Made by a program: the position numbers and the translations under genes. This document shows positions 11,828-24,884 of a stretch of DNA of 53,880 nt, in pieces. This DNA comes from Octopus bimaculoides (lineage: Eukaryota): contig NC_068982.1 in assembly GCF_001194135.2 (NCBI RefSeq), positions 116,577,826 through 116,631,705 of the forward strand, written 5' to 3'. The stretch's first letter is position 1, and every line of letters begins with the position of its first letter. The notes under the pieces are model-generated. The model was not told where the DNA came from. It was given only the letters and a program-made list of their open reading frames with translations, and searched no databases.

Positions 11828-14023
11828 CTGTAAAGTACTTTAATTTCGCGAATTGGGACCTAGAGACAAATTCGCGAATACACATGCTTGAAAAATATTT
11901 GGAATGTTTATTTTATTTAATCTAGGTAAAAAAAATCTTTGTTTTTCAACATTTGTTAAGCAGTTATCTTTCAAGTAGAATTATATGTTGACATAGTAAA
12001 CGTTACGTGCAATCAGTGATGAGTACTTATTCACTGTTCGTGTTGAATTACTATGATACAATTCAGTGACTGCGCCGCTTACTATGTTTTCTTTCAGATA
12101 TAATGATGCCAGGTTATGTAAACTTACTAAATTTTCATAAAAGATTTCTAAATTTTATAATCTATGCATCAAAGTTTACCATGTGTGTCAGTTGACATCT
12201 CTTTTATCATTTGCTATGTGCGTCAATTGACATCCGTAATTTGTGTGATTGACAATTAAACGTTTCAGTATAAATATAAGTTAAATTTCAAGAAATATCA
12301 GAATTAGCTCTAACTCTGAACTGGTTATATCGCTGCAGCATTATACAAGACTACTGTTCAACAATGTATCGCTGGCTGAAAACTGCTAACCCTATTGCAA
12401 TGTTTAGTGAGCCCACTCAAGGCTCTTTTTTACCAAGTCCTAACCGTGCAAATTTAACAGAAGAACAATCACAAGTATGTGAAGTAGCAAACAAAGAAAT
12501 TCAGAAGACATTAGATAAAGAGACAGCAACATTTTTTCGTGGTCAGAAACACAAACGAGGTGAATACACAAAATTCACTTCAACAGAACAAGCAGACGTA
12601 GCTAGATACGCAATACAACACAGCAATATGGCAGCTTCCCATCATTTTGCTAAAATACACGGACGTCTTATGTCTGAATATACTATTCATGGTTACGTCA
12701 AGAAATTCAAAAATAAATTGAAATCTACTAATGTAGACTTTCATGTATTTGAGGTACCACCAGCAAAACACGTCAGACAATCATGTAATACATCATATTA
12801 AGAGTCTTCATGGTAGTGGTTCGATAGTTTCTAAACCTATTGTGATGGCTTCAACTCTCGGCATCGTGAAAAGTCAAGACCGTACTCATCTCGAAGAATA
12901 CGGATGTTCCATCGACATCTCCAACTCATGGGCTAAATCCATACTGAAACGCATGGGCTTCATCAAACGCAAAAGCACCAAAAGCAGCAAAAAACCTACC
13001 ATCAAACATTAAAGATGACTTCCTCGATAATCGTGTACAGACTGTCATTGAAAAACATAGAATCCCGCCATCTATGAATGTCAACTTTGACCAGACTGGT
13101 CTTCCTATCATCCCTGTCAAAGATTGCACTATAGAGCAGCAAGGTGCCAAAAAATACCAATATACGGAGCCAACAACAAACGCCAGATAACTGCAGTATT
13201 CAGAACATCAGCAACTGGAACATTTTTACCCCCGTAACTCATTTACCAAGGGAAGACGGACTCTTCTTATCCTTCTTTCAAATTCCTCAAATATTGGAAT
13301 ATTACTCATTCTAAAAGCCACTGGACTGCTGTAAACACTATGGGCATCGACATTAAGAACATTCTTGGTCCATTCTTCGAAGATCAACGGCAAAAACTCA
13401 ACCTCCCACTTGCACAGAAAGGTCTAGTCCTTTTAGATGTCTTCAAAATTCACCAGACAGAAACCGTCAAGTCTACACTCAAGTCGCAAGGACTTGAATT
13501 TTTTTTACATTCCTGCTTCATGTACAAGCGAACTATTAGTGGTAATCATTTTTCCAAACAACATTTAAAACAAAAATTCTCTTTATGGTATGCAGATGAA
13601 GTCAAATTCCGTTAAATCTGTAGATAATGTTAATGTTGATTTAAAACTCTCAATTGTAAAACCATTGCATGCTAAATGGGTTTTGTCATCATTTGATTGT
13701 ACATCTAAACATAAAAACATTTTGATGCAAGGCTGGAAAGACACAAGTATAGTTAATGTTCAAAACAAAGAAGATGATTTCATTGAATGTCGCAATTCTA
13801 ACTGATTGATTGTACATTTCTGTATAACTTTTTATTTAAAATAAACATATAACAAAGAACCGTTGATTTTCTTACCTTAGATTTCTCCCTATAAAATTTT
13901 ATGAAAATGACTGAAACTTATTACCTTTTGGAATTAAATTTCGCGAAATTTGTTTGCGCGAATATGTCAGCCTGGCAAATTTCGCGAAATTAAATTCCTC
14001 GCGAACATTTCATACTTTCAGGA
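11828..14023 (+). mobile_element. Full-length decayed pogo-like DNA transposon (about 2.2 kb)
   Basis: Left end TA-CTGTAAAGTACTTTAATTTCGCG; right end reverse-complements to CTGAAAGTATGAAATGTTCGCG. Subterminal TTCGCGAA palindromes at both ends; internal transposase. Confidence 0.85.
12364..13800 (+). pseudogene. pogo-family transposase pseudogene (Brinker-type DBD, CENPB-type HTH, DDE_1)
   Basis: KRGEYTKFTSTEQADVARYAIQHSNMAASHHF; SWAKSILKRMGFIKRKST; NFDQTG; KRQITAV...GTFLPP*LIYQGKT; LLDVFKIH; YIPASCTSEL. Several frameshifts and stops. Confidence 0.9.
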
Positions 14024-14168
14024 CACAGAATACAGAGCACATACATGCATTTCTTCAATTACCTCAGAGTTTACATATATACACAGTATATAGAAAATGC
14101 TAAGTATGTTTATAACTACTGGGATGCTTAAAACATTAGATTCGGTCTCCCAGCAGTTATACACTTAC

Positions 14169-14314
14169 ATAGCATGAAGAATGTGGAACTACTAAATATT
14201 GCACGAAATGGAAACAAAGCAGCGCACACAGCTGCAACATAGAGAACTGCATTCAGATGTGTAGTGAAAACCCACAATAAATGCAAGGCAATAAAAGGGT
14301 TGAGTATAACAGTC
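14169..14314 (-). other. Candidate 146-nt exon (TVILNPFIALHLLWVFTTHLNAVLYVAAVCAALFPFRAIFSSSTFFML)
   Basis: TTCCAG acceptor, consensus GTAAGT donor, open hydrophobic frame. Confidence 0.25.
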
Positions 14315-14424
14315 CTGGAATTGTTCTTCAATATAAAAGCATACACTAATAATCGTCATGGAACTTATTGTGACACTTCTTTATCGAAATGCATTGGTGA
14401 TGTGTCCCACACATATCTACTAAC

Positions 14425-14608
14425 ATACACACACACACACACACGCACACACGCGCACGCACACGCGTACACGCACACGCCACCGTGTACTCACGCACAC
14501 AGTGACAAATATTTATATATATATATAAACGTGCTTATGTGTGCGTGTGTGTGTGTGTGTGTCTGTCTATCTATCATATATATTTTCCCACATATATGCA
14601 CTCATGTC

Positions 14609-14691
<83 letters not shown>

Positions 14692-14819
14692 ACTGTATGC
14701 TTATACGTGTGTATGCTTCAGGGTGTGAATGTATGTATATGTATGTATATGTATGTATACCTATAAATTTACTGTTACACCGATTCAAAAGTGCAGAGTA
14801 GTAAAGTAAAATACAACAG

Positions 14820-14853
<34 letters not shown>
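14425..14853. repeat. (CA)/(TG)/(GAT) microsatellites
   Basis: Directly visible. Confidence 0.95.
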
Positions 14854-14855
<2 letters not shown>

Positions 14856-15434
14856 CCGTTTAAGACCGTGACTTTGATGTCGATCGATAACCTTTTGTAT
14901 AAATGACGATCGCAGCCAAACAAGGTGACATAATAGAAGACATAGTAATTATGTAATTAACTAGTTCTGCTCGATCGATAATTGACAGTCGGTGGTCAGT
15001 CAAGTGTATAATCACAGACTGTCCTTGCTCATTTGACGCTATATCTATCATCTTTTAAATTCTGATATTTTTCTATATTAATTTATCTTCAGAAGTTTAC
15101 TTGTTAGGCTGAATCTAGACACATCCATAGAAGCTCTTTTAAAGTATTTAAAGTGTTTATTAATTTTACGTGGCTATGACCTGTCTAATTTCCTCCTCAG
15201 TATTGTTATTTTGTCAGGTTGATCTAGAAGGACACAGACTCGTATGGAACATTGAAAAAGTGTTATGCATTTGAGCGTGAGATGGTACAGTATCGTTGAG
15301 AAACGATGGAAAAAAAACTTGTGAACATATACGAACCGAGTAAAGATCAGCAAAGAGAAATTCGTTTTACGTTCAATGCAAAAATGTTAAAATTAAGATG
15401 TTCTTTGTGAGGTTTGTGTGTCTATTTATAAACA

Positions 15435-15492
15435 TGTATGTATGTATGTATGTATGTATGTATGTATGTATGTATGTATGTATGTATGTATA
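15435..15492. repeat. (TATG)n microsatellite
   Basis: Directly visible. Confidence 0.97.
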
Positions 15493-16231
15493 AGACTATT
15501 CAAATAAATAAAGAGAATAATACATCTACACACTTTCTATTATTACAGTCAATTATACAGCTTATTTAATTTAAATCTGTTCAACATATGTTTCTGCTGC
15601 ATGGATATGTCACAATGTGGTTTACATTTGTACTCAGCCTGTACATTTGGTTAAAGCATGATGGTTTAGATAGAATTATATTTGGTAGGGGACGATAGTT
15701 TTTGAGCAAAAATAAATAAATAAACAAATAAAAACGAGAGAGAAATATTTAGAAACCTGATACGGCCATAACATCGGTTATGAAATTGACCCTAAGGTTT
15801 GAATTTCGAATTATGAATGGTGGATCCTAAACAAGGTCAGAGTATATTTTATTCTCTAGCCTTAAGTGAAGTAAAAGGAATAAGTTTCAGTGACAGATGT
15901 ATATAATTAAAGTTCACTAAGTGAAATATAATTATAGAAATATGAGATATGCAGAATTTACTTGTAAGGCCAAGGTATTGTACGCAATATGTTAGAATAC
16001 TTCCACCTAAAGTGAAATCCAATGCTTTAGCTATACAAATCAACCCTAAGTTTACATGTAGATAACTTCCTCTTAGACACAGAATAAATTATTCCGTATG
16101 TGAAGTGATACATACGAAGAATACTAATTAGTTGGAGAAGAGTTGCTACTAGGATATAGGCAAACCAAATACTGCACTAATATTTTTATATGTAAACTCT
16201 AGCACCTCCAATTTCCATGATACTTATTTTG

Positions 16232-16486
16232 TTAAAAATATTTGCTAGAGAAATATTTTACTGTTTTTCTGTGAAGGTGCGCACGTTTTAGGGCTAATTC
16301 CGGTTTACTATTCAATAACTGGTATTTAGAGGTGAGAATATGGAATATTTCTTCGAAGCATAAATTGCATTTCTTGCCTCCAATTACGTAAGGCTCTACC
16401 CTGCCTATAATTTCCCATTTTATGTCAAAGCTAGTGTTTCTGTCCTTTAAGGACCAAATAAATTCACTTAAGTTTGTACTATGCAT
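16232..16486 (-). pseudogene. Penelope-like element, GIY-YIG endonuclease C-terminal fragment
   Basis: HSTNLSEFIWSLKDRNTSFDIKWEII...KKCNLCFEEIFHIL...LLNSKPEL matches the conserved end of PLE GIY-YIG domains (ST.LS.YIW.LK...KW.I...CNLC..EK..I...LLN.R.EL). Confidence 0.85.
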
Positions 16487-17658
16487 AGAGGAAATGAAAT
16501 GTATAGTACAAGCTTAAGTGGGTTTCACGTGAAGAGAAATTCACAGCTGTTTGAACGTACCACTGTGAAGTGCTAGTACTCGTTTCCATTCCAGAATAGA
16601 GACGAGTAGCAACACAACCATGCGATATGCTTGAACAACCGTGAAGCTCTCTTCACATAAAACCATTGGATACCTTGTTGACCCACATAAAATGAACATT
16701 TATCCAGCCATGCGGTATTGAGTACTCATTCTCACTGTTTGACATTAGCGAGTGCGTGTGAGCGTATATATATATTAATACAGTAACATGTATTGAAGAG
16801 TAGAATAAGGCAGGAAATTTGATTTAAATGTTTTTATAACAACGTTCTGAATTACATAATCACACGTACGTTTCACTAGTCCCTCTTGTCTCTCCCACAC
16901 ACATTAGAGCCACGCATTTAGAGCGCAAAATAACGTATTCAGAACACTACACATCCACCACTGAGTGAATGTAGTATAAACATAAGTTTAACAATAATGT
17001 AATCGTGGGTTATAACAGGACGCTAATATCCTGTCCCCTGTTGTGAAGCATAGCGCATGTAGACCCAATGGATATCTGTTTCATTATATGGAACATGGAG
17101 AACGACGAGATAATGGACGAGGGATATAAAAATAAAGGACTTTCAACTCTACTAGCATAAATGTCGTGTTCGTTTTGATGGTGGGATGTTTTGATTATAA
17201 ATTAATTCATTGCAAATTCATTAACTGAAACTGATTTTCTTTACAATAATGTGTTCTTACAATATCATTATCTGGTTGTAAGTTTCTTTTAAACGCAATA
17301 ACACATAGACAGAAACATTGTTTAAATCAGGTCGAAGTCTGGGGGACATTTGACGTAAGAATGCCAACTGTTGTTTACAATAATCGATTTTTAGCATTTT
17401 TTATATGACAGAATTTATTGACTTTGATCATAAATACTATACTGTTATAGTGTTATGTGAATTTTTTTAAAACGCATATCTTTTATTACTGTGATCTGAA
17501 CAGTGGAAAATTGTGTGCATAAGTTTGAAGTGGGTTATTCATGCGTCAGAAAAGATTTCGTTCTCGCTGATTTTATTTAGACTTGTCATGGGGTTCTCCT
17601 GCAACAATAACCACCGTATGACACTGGTTTACACACATAACACACACAACGCACACAC

Positions 17659-17701
<43 letters not shown>

Positions 17702-18254
17702 CGTATGTATGAATACATATCTACAAACACATATATAATATAGAAATACTTTGATGTTACTAATAGGTAATGACAATACAATACATTCTCAGTGCACGGA
17801 GTGTAGCAGAACATTCATCTGACTACATGAAATAATGATAAAAAACAACTGAAAGCGCCTATACCTAAAGACAGCTACTTCGAAGAGTTGGGCACTTTGG
17901 TTAGCGTTGCTGCAATTGAAAGATTCAAAGATTTGGATGACGTCAATAAACATAGGTACTATCTTTTTGTTTGTTAAATTGCGGCTACAGGAAAATTTAA
18001 CACTCATATTTTCAGCTCCACATTTTAACTCATTCGATACGCAGCATTCTCAGCAAATAATTCAGATAAATTAATTCAGAGAAAGACAATACAACATAAA
18101 ACAGAACAAGTACATGTAAATCTTCTTCTCTTTTTCTCTCTTTTTCTGCCTTAGTCTCTCCCTCTGTCTATTTGTCTGTTTTTAAAAAATCTATCTATCT
18201 GTCTATCAATAATATATCTACATAAAGACACTTATGGATATACATATATACATA

Positions 18255-18286
18255 TGCGAGTATCTATCTATCTATCTATCTATCTA

Positions 18287-18373
<87 letters not shown>

Positions 18374-18430
18374 CTATCAATATGTATATATAGATGTCTA
18401 TATACGTATATGTACACATATGCACGCACG

Positions 18431-18497
<67 letters not shown>

Positions 18498-18514
18498 NNN
18501 NNNNNNNACACACA

Positions 18515-18573
<59 letters not shown>

Positions 18574-18578
18574 ACACG
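18255..18578. repeat. (TATC)/(TGTC)/(CA) microsatellites with a small gap
   Basis: Directly visible. Confidence 0.95.
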
Positions 18579-19084
18579 TCTTAACGTAGTGTTTGAGGTC
18601 ATGTTCAAACATCGGATCAAGAAAATTGATCAGATTTGAAAATCCAGGATATAGTTTTAATGAAACATATTATAGAAGTCCTGAAATATCACATGCCGTT
18701 ATCTCTGTTGAGGCCAAAACAAAAATACTCAAATTAATAGTAGCATATAGATATTCATGTGAATCAATTGTTGCGGCATTTTCAGTCTTTTACGATCATC
18801 ACTTTGCTGCAGTGTTGATGAATCATAATGAATCTACTTCTACATCAGATAACTTGCCTTCTCTCTCTCTCTCAAAAACACATTCTCTCTCCTTTCTTTT
18901 ACGCACAAATACACATATTAAGCGAGGATATATTGCGATCATGGTTCTAGAGTTTCATGCCAATGTTAAATATGTTAAATGTATTGGCAGGAAACTCTAG
19001 GCTTTTGGGTTACTATAATTCCTCAGCTAACTTAGGAAATACAAATACTCTGCTTTATACATATTGAGTTCTATTTCTCTCGCT

Positions 19085-19870
19085 TGTACACACACACACA
19101 CACACACACACACATGTTTCTCTCGTTATATATATATATATACATATATATGTTTCTTGTCTCACACACACACACATATATATATATATATGACATACAA
19201 ATATATAGAGCCGCACATAAGTGTGTACACACACACATACACACACATATACACATACAGCATACACACACACACATATTATACAGATATTTATACAAAC
19301 ACACAAAAACGTAATAGGACCAGGAAACGTCTGTTTTCTAAAGAAATAGCCGCCTTGGGTTTATCTTTGTGGAAGTTCTTTGATGATGGATCAAACATTT
19401 GTTAGAAAAGAGCGAATGATATATGATATACAATATATATATAAACACTCACTCGCGCGCACACACACACACACTCACACACACACACACACACACAAAT
19501 ATATGTGTGTGTGTCATATATATAGATAGATAAGGAGAAAGAAAGAGAGGGGAGGAGAGAAAGAGAGTCATGGTGTGAGGAAATGAAAACGGAAAAGAAA
19601 GAAAGAAATTAAGGAGGAGAATGAGAAAAGAAGGCCGTGTAAGGAGAAAAGCGAGAAAGAAAATGAGATGGAAAGGGAGGATATAGATAATGAGGGAGAT
19701 AGAAAGTTAAACGCAGATATGTTGATAATGTGATTGATAAGGACATTCAGTGATAGATCGATGGAAAGATTAACAAATAGATGGAATAGGTAGATAGGTA
19801 GATAGACAGTTAGATAGATAGACAGATAGACAGACAGACAGACAGACAGATAGATAGATAAATAGAGAAA
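19085..19870. repeat. CA/TA microsatellites, GA-rich tract and (GATA)/(GACA) repeats
   Basis: Directly visible low complexity. Confidence 0.85.
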
Positions 19871-20511
19871 AAGAAATAACTAGATATACTGATACTGTGC
19901 GCGTGCGTGTATGTATATAGTCAAAGAGAGAAAGAGAGATAAACTCACAAAGATAAAAGTAAACTTATTTGAGAGAATGAAAAGCTAGAAAATATGAGGT
20001 GGTGTGGCTTTCATCTTGTTGAAGCTAATTTTGATAGGAACATTTTACAGGAGAATGCATCGTCTCTTTCAAATTTCTGACAGACATATCACAAACCGCT
20101 GCCAATGTTTGTTGTATTCCAAGTGGAATGCTAAACAGTGTCTTTCAGATATTTTTATCATTGAATTCAAACATCGTCAACGCCGTCTTGATAGAATCTT
20201 TGTTGCAAAAGAACTGAAAGTCTTGGCGAACAAACAATAGTTTTGTCAATGTAAAAGGTTAGAGGACAATTGAACGTTTCTTTCAGTGAATTAAAAGATG
20301 ACAGTGGTTAGATATAATTGACGGAACTTGAAGAACTTAATAATAGCAGCCACCAACATACGAGTTACTAGATTACAGGCAACATGTTACGTTAATGTGT
20401 GTTGTGAGGAGAGGAAATGTATCTGACGTTTAAGGGACGACATATAATGCTTAAATGAAGTGAAAAGTATCCCAGTAGCCTTGGTGTCATCTTAAGAGTT
20501 ATTAACTTAAC

Positions 20512-20698
20512 CTTGCTTTTAAGACATTAAAATGTTGCGTAGTAAGTCTTCTCCTGGATAGAATATCAGTGTTATCAATGTAATATTGCTCGACAGAACG
20601 AGGGTACTTCACGTTAGTGACTCCCAAGGTCTTCTCTAATAAGGACCCTATTACTTCAATTAATTTTTCAATGGAATTCAGGCTTTTGAAAGGTGCAG
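20512..20698 (-). other. Candidate 187-nt exon (APFKSLNSIEKLIEVIGSLLEKTLGVTNVKYPRSVEQYYIDNTDILSRRRLTTQHFNVLKA)
   Basis: 61 open codons between a TTTGTTGAATAG acceptor and an AG|GTTAAG donor; globular-protein-like composition; no homologue recognised. Confidence 0.35.
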
Positions 20699-21099
20699 CT
20701 ATTCAACAAACGGATTTCTAGTATTTACTTTGCAAAACCTTAGATTTCTTCGGACTCCAACTTAGAATTGCTGTTGTGGGGGAAGAGAGGGAAGAGAGAC
20801 CTGTTACAAATAACAGTCAAAATTTGCTATCACAAAAAAAGTTATGGATCTTCTGGATCAGAGTGACCTACGGATACACTTCAGCAATATATAACATTAT
20901 CAGGTGATTTGATAGTTATATAAATCGGAAACATCTAGAAATAAATGTAATCTATCTAAACACAGAAGGAAATGTTCAAAGTTGACACGAATTCATGACT
21001 TTCCACTAAGTTAGCAGTCAATTATATAATCCACTAAACCATTTTATCTGGCAGTTTGTGAACGTTTAGATATTCATGGAATACCAGTCTACTTCCGAT

Positions 21100-21410
21100 T
21101 TAGTCCTATTAGCGAGGTTGGGGATCTACGTTATTGATCGATCTGCTAGAAATAGAAGCCAAATTTTCGTGAAATAAAACTACATCATCCTAAGCAATGG
21201 AGACGTTGGCTAATGTAATTCCAGAAATACTATAGGAATGATACGATCATGACCGGAATGACTCTGACCAAAAGTCCACTGAATCTGGGATGACTTGCAA
21301 CAAAACAACAGCAGCAACAGCAGTGGCAGCGTCAGCATCAGCAGCATCAGCATCAGTATCAGTAGCAGCAACATCATCAGCAGCAGCAGGAGCAGCAGGA
21401 GCAGCAGCCG
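21100..21410 (+). mobile_element. Old family D SINE followed by a (CAG/CAA)-type repeat
   Basis: GCTAGAAATAGAAGCCAAAT...GATCATGACCGGAATG... followed by a GCA-rich run. Confidence 0.6.
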
Positions 21411-21702
21411 GTCTGACTAAACAGCAGTATCCTGGTTTGCATTTTTTAGCTGTTTATAGCTGTTCATTTTTTTGTGTTCATAATTCTGTACAAATATTGG
21501 TATATATATATATATATATATATAGAGTTTATAGGAGTATAGGGTCTTTTTTGTAGTGATAGGGATAATCCTACATCTAGAGTTGATTATTCAAGTGATT
21601 AAGTCATAGTACAAATACTGAAGGAAAAGTGAATCAAAGCCCGCACTTCATAGTAACGAAATGTTTGTAAATAGCAGAAGCAAGACGTTATAAACGTACG
21701 AA

Positions 21703-21935
21703 AGGCGGCGAGCAGGCAGAATCGTTAGCACGCCGGGCGAACTGCTTAGCGGTATTTCGTCTGTCTTAACGCTCTGAGTTCAAATTCCGCCGAGCTCAAC
21801 TTTGCCTTTCATCCTTTCGGGGTCGATAAATTAAGTACCAGTCAAGTACTGGGGTCGATGAAATCAACTAGTTCCCTCACCCCTTCCTCAGATAAAAAAA
21901 TTTCAGGCCTCGTGCCTTTAGTAGAAAAGATTACA
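21703..21935 (+). mobile_element. SINE family A, full length
   Basis: AAGGCGGCGAGCAGGCAGAATCGTTAGCACGCCGGGCG...GTTCAAATTCCGCCGAG...GGGGTCGATAAATTAAGTACCAG. Confidence 0.95.
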
Positions 21936-22825
21936 GACATAATCACTATGTGGTACCAATGTACAGCCAGGCGGGTCAGGCGCGCCAAAGAAAGTTGAAG
22001 GTGACTCGGATACGGTGACTTGTGTGTATGCAATGTTATACCATAGGCTCTTGAGTCCTTGATCATTTCGTACGATTACCATTGTAATATATACAGCGTG
22101 CTTTGAGCATGGTTTCAGACTTGGTTGAGACCGTTCCTTTTCAAATCTGACCACATTTTCGAAGTTATTTCCCACATTTGCTTGTTCAAACAAAAACCAT
22201 TAATGGACCAGTAGTATATATTTTTTGTCTAATCGCTACTGTGGTTGGCTGTTATGGTTGAGATAATGACAACTACCTTTTTATTATCAACGTAAATTTC
22301 CTGTTAGCCGGCGTTTAACCTTTAATGAGGCTTGCTGCAGAAATTACAGAGTTAGAAGAAATTAGAGTGGGTAGGGAATGAAAGAGAGAAAATTGTAGAA
22401 ATTGGTTTAGAAACAGAATTGAATGATTAAGCAGAGAAACCGCAAAGAAAATTGCAAACCGAAATTTATATTAATTTAATTATAATTAATTATGGACAAT
22501 CTCTTTTTTTTTTTCTCGCTTGCAATAATTACATTTTTATATAAATGTTTTGATATTTTTGCTCTTTGAGTAGGATGTTGTTGTTGTTGTTGATGATGAT
22601 GATGATGATAACGACGACGCCGCGAATGATTACGTTGAAAGTAAGAACAATTTCTCACTTCAACGAATGTCCAATTTAGGAAGGTGGGCAGTCGATTTCA
22701 TTGACAGCTCTCTCTCTCACTCTGTCTCTCATATATAAATACACACACGCACGCAAAGCCCCACTCACAGGAGTTGACTATAATAAACTGATAAATTGGT
22801 AAAATTAGCAACTACAGTATTCTTA

Positions 22826-22871
22826 GTTATTTCAATAGCTGTTTCTGTTGACTCATCAGCTGCAAAATAAC
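22826..22871 (-). ncRNA. Degenerate minimal hammerhead ribozyme motif
   Basis: Minus strand: CTGATGA-GTCAACA-GAAAC-AGCT-ATT with flanking GTTATTTTGCA / TGAAATAAC complementarity; stems II and III damaged. Confidence 0.4.
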
Positions 22872-23149
22872 AGATGCAAATATAGTTCTGTGCTTAGCTT
22901 CGCAATGGTGAGATTCACATTCGATATCGCATCGCCGTACCTTTGGTCAATTTCTTTTTATTGTATGTGTGTGGGTAAACCCTATCATTGTGAGTAGAAA
23001 TGAGACGACGGAAACCGCGTGGAAGCAAATAGGATGGGTTGTAAGTCTCTCATTGGTAGATTTACATGTCAGCTGATTTTACCCCACCGCCACCATAACC
23101 ACCATAATCAGAACCACTACCATCTCAACCATAACTGCCCACTCTCTTT

Positions 23150-24170
23150 TATCGTTTTCAGTTCAAATCCTTTCAACTTTGTCTTTCATCATATCAGAGT
23201 CGATAAAATAAAGTAACCACTCAAGTACTGAGGTCGATGGTATCGGCTAACTCGCCCCCATCAGAATTGCTCCTAAATCAGAAGCTGCTTTTATTAGTAG
23301 CGAGGACGTTGGATTGACAGAATAGAGAGCCGGATAAAATGCTTTGCAGTATTTGTTACGGTCCTTTATGTTCTGAGTTCAAATCCTGTCGAGTTACACT
23401 TTGCCTTTCGGTTCTTTGGGGTTGATAAAATAAAGTACTAGACTACTAGCGACTAAAATCTTCTCCTTAAAACTGCTGGCCTTGTGCCTAAATTAGAAAT
23501 CATTATCGTTATTATTAAGACGGCGAGCTAGCATAGCTTTCAGAGTGTCGAACAAAATGCTTAGCGGCATTTCGTACGGCTTTACATCTTGAGTTCAAAT
23601 TCCACATAGGTTGACTTTACCTTTTATCCTTTCGAGGTCGATAAAGTAAGTGCCAGTTGAGCACTGGGAGAGCAACTAGCCTCTCATCCCAAATTTCCGG
23701 CTTTTGTGCCTATGTTAGAAAGAATTATAAAGGCTGACAGTTTGTTACTGCACCGGACAAAACGCTTAACGGCATTTCTTCCAACTCTTTACATTCTGAG
23801 TTCAAATTCCGCTCAGGTCAACTTTGTCTTTCATTCTTTCGGTGTCGATAAAATAAGCATCAGCTGAGCACAAGAAGTGATATAACTTTCCTCGCCCTCC
23901 TTTTAAAATTGCTGCACTTGTGCCAAAATTAGAAAGGATTGATAAGAAGATGAGCTAGCGGAGTTCTTAAAGCGTCGAACTAATTGCTTTGCGGTATTTC
24001 TTGCTGCTCTTTATGTTCTGTGTTCGAAAACCACCAAGGCCAACTTTGCCTTATGTCTCTACATGGTCGATAAAATAAAATAAACTACCAGTTAATTGTA
24101 TCAGGGTCGATGCTATCGACTAAACCTCACTCCCTCAAAACTGCTGGTCTCGTGCCTAAATTAGAAACCA
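23150..24170 (+). mobile_element. Head-to-tail run of about five diverged family A SINEs
   Basis: GAGTTCAAAT/GTGTTCGAAA B-box blocks near 23375, 23590, 23800 and 24020, each followed by the Deu/Nin-like core and a GTGCC(T/A)AAATTAGAAA-like tail; a headless copy starts near 23150. Confidence 0.88.
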
Positions 24171-24179
24171 GTAGTATTG

Positions 24180-24740
24180 TAAGTAGTGGTACTAGCAGTA
24201 ATAGTAGTAGCAACAATGTTTGTTGTTGTAGCTGTTGGCATTATAGGCGAGTCTTTTAAGAAAACAGTTGTAATTTCCTGTTTTTGACGAAATTGTCAAA
24301 TACGTTCAATTTCTGTTAAAGGTTGATAATAAGCTAGAAACGAAAGTCGTTACTGTAGACATTGGTGATACACTATTGTTGTTGTTGTTGTAGATATTGT
24401 TGCAGTCGTCATTTGTTGTTGTTGTTCGAAGTGATACTAGTGGTGGTGGTGCCGGTGTCTATGGTAGCGATGGCTTTGTATTGTTAGTAGTTGTTTATAA
24501 ACTCAAATGCTGCAGTCAGTTTATTTGATGTCTGTCTATCTCAGTCGGAAGATTCGTGTCGTTGTTCATTTAAAATTGCCACGTTTATGATATTTTTTTT
24601 CTATTTACATAGGTGAGAATATTGGTGGGTGTGATGGTGGTGGTCGCAGTAGTAGTAGTAGTAGTAGTAGTAGCTTTGGTGGTGGTTGTGGTGGTGGCGT
24701 AGACGGTGGTGGTGGTGGTAGTTGTAGTAGTAGTAGTAAC
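24180..24740. repeat. (AGT)/(GGT)/(TTG) low-complexity tract
   Basis: Directly visible. Confidence 0.75.
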
Positions 24741-24884
24741 TTTACTGCGATCAGCGGACGTGTGTCGATAGGATTGTAGTACAGTAAACCGAATGTTTAG
24801 CTGTCTGTATTTGGGAACTAGTGTTGTGCAGAGCTGTAGTCACGATAACTGGAATCAACTCCCGAAAACTCAAATCATCTAGCT

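Noticed and set aside
15755-15800. CTGATACGGCC-ATAAC/GTTAT-GAAA motif near the Penelope fragment
   Set aside because: Core lacks the G8/A9 nucleotides, there is no stem III, and it is on the opposite strand to the ORF.
17845-17955. Exon-like KAPIPKDSYFEELGTLVSVAAIERFKDLDDVNKH and upstream CTECSRTF
   Set aside because: In-frame stop just upstream, no usable acceptor, and the zinc-finger-like piece stops immediately.
18593-19000. 135-aa ORF
   Set aside because: No recognisable domain, includes a CT repeat, no convincing splice sites; one such ORF is plausible by chance in 54 kb.
20004-20260. ORF containing RLDRIFV, and an ILSRRR echo of the 20.5-kb exon on the minus strand
   Set aside because: Short motif matches only; stops or frameshifts needed in every reading.
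21290-21556. Poly-Ala ORF
   Set aside because: Trinucleotide repeat grown from a SINE tail.
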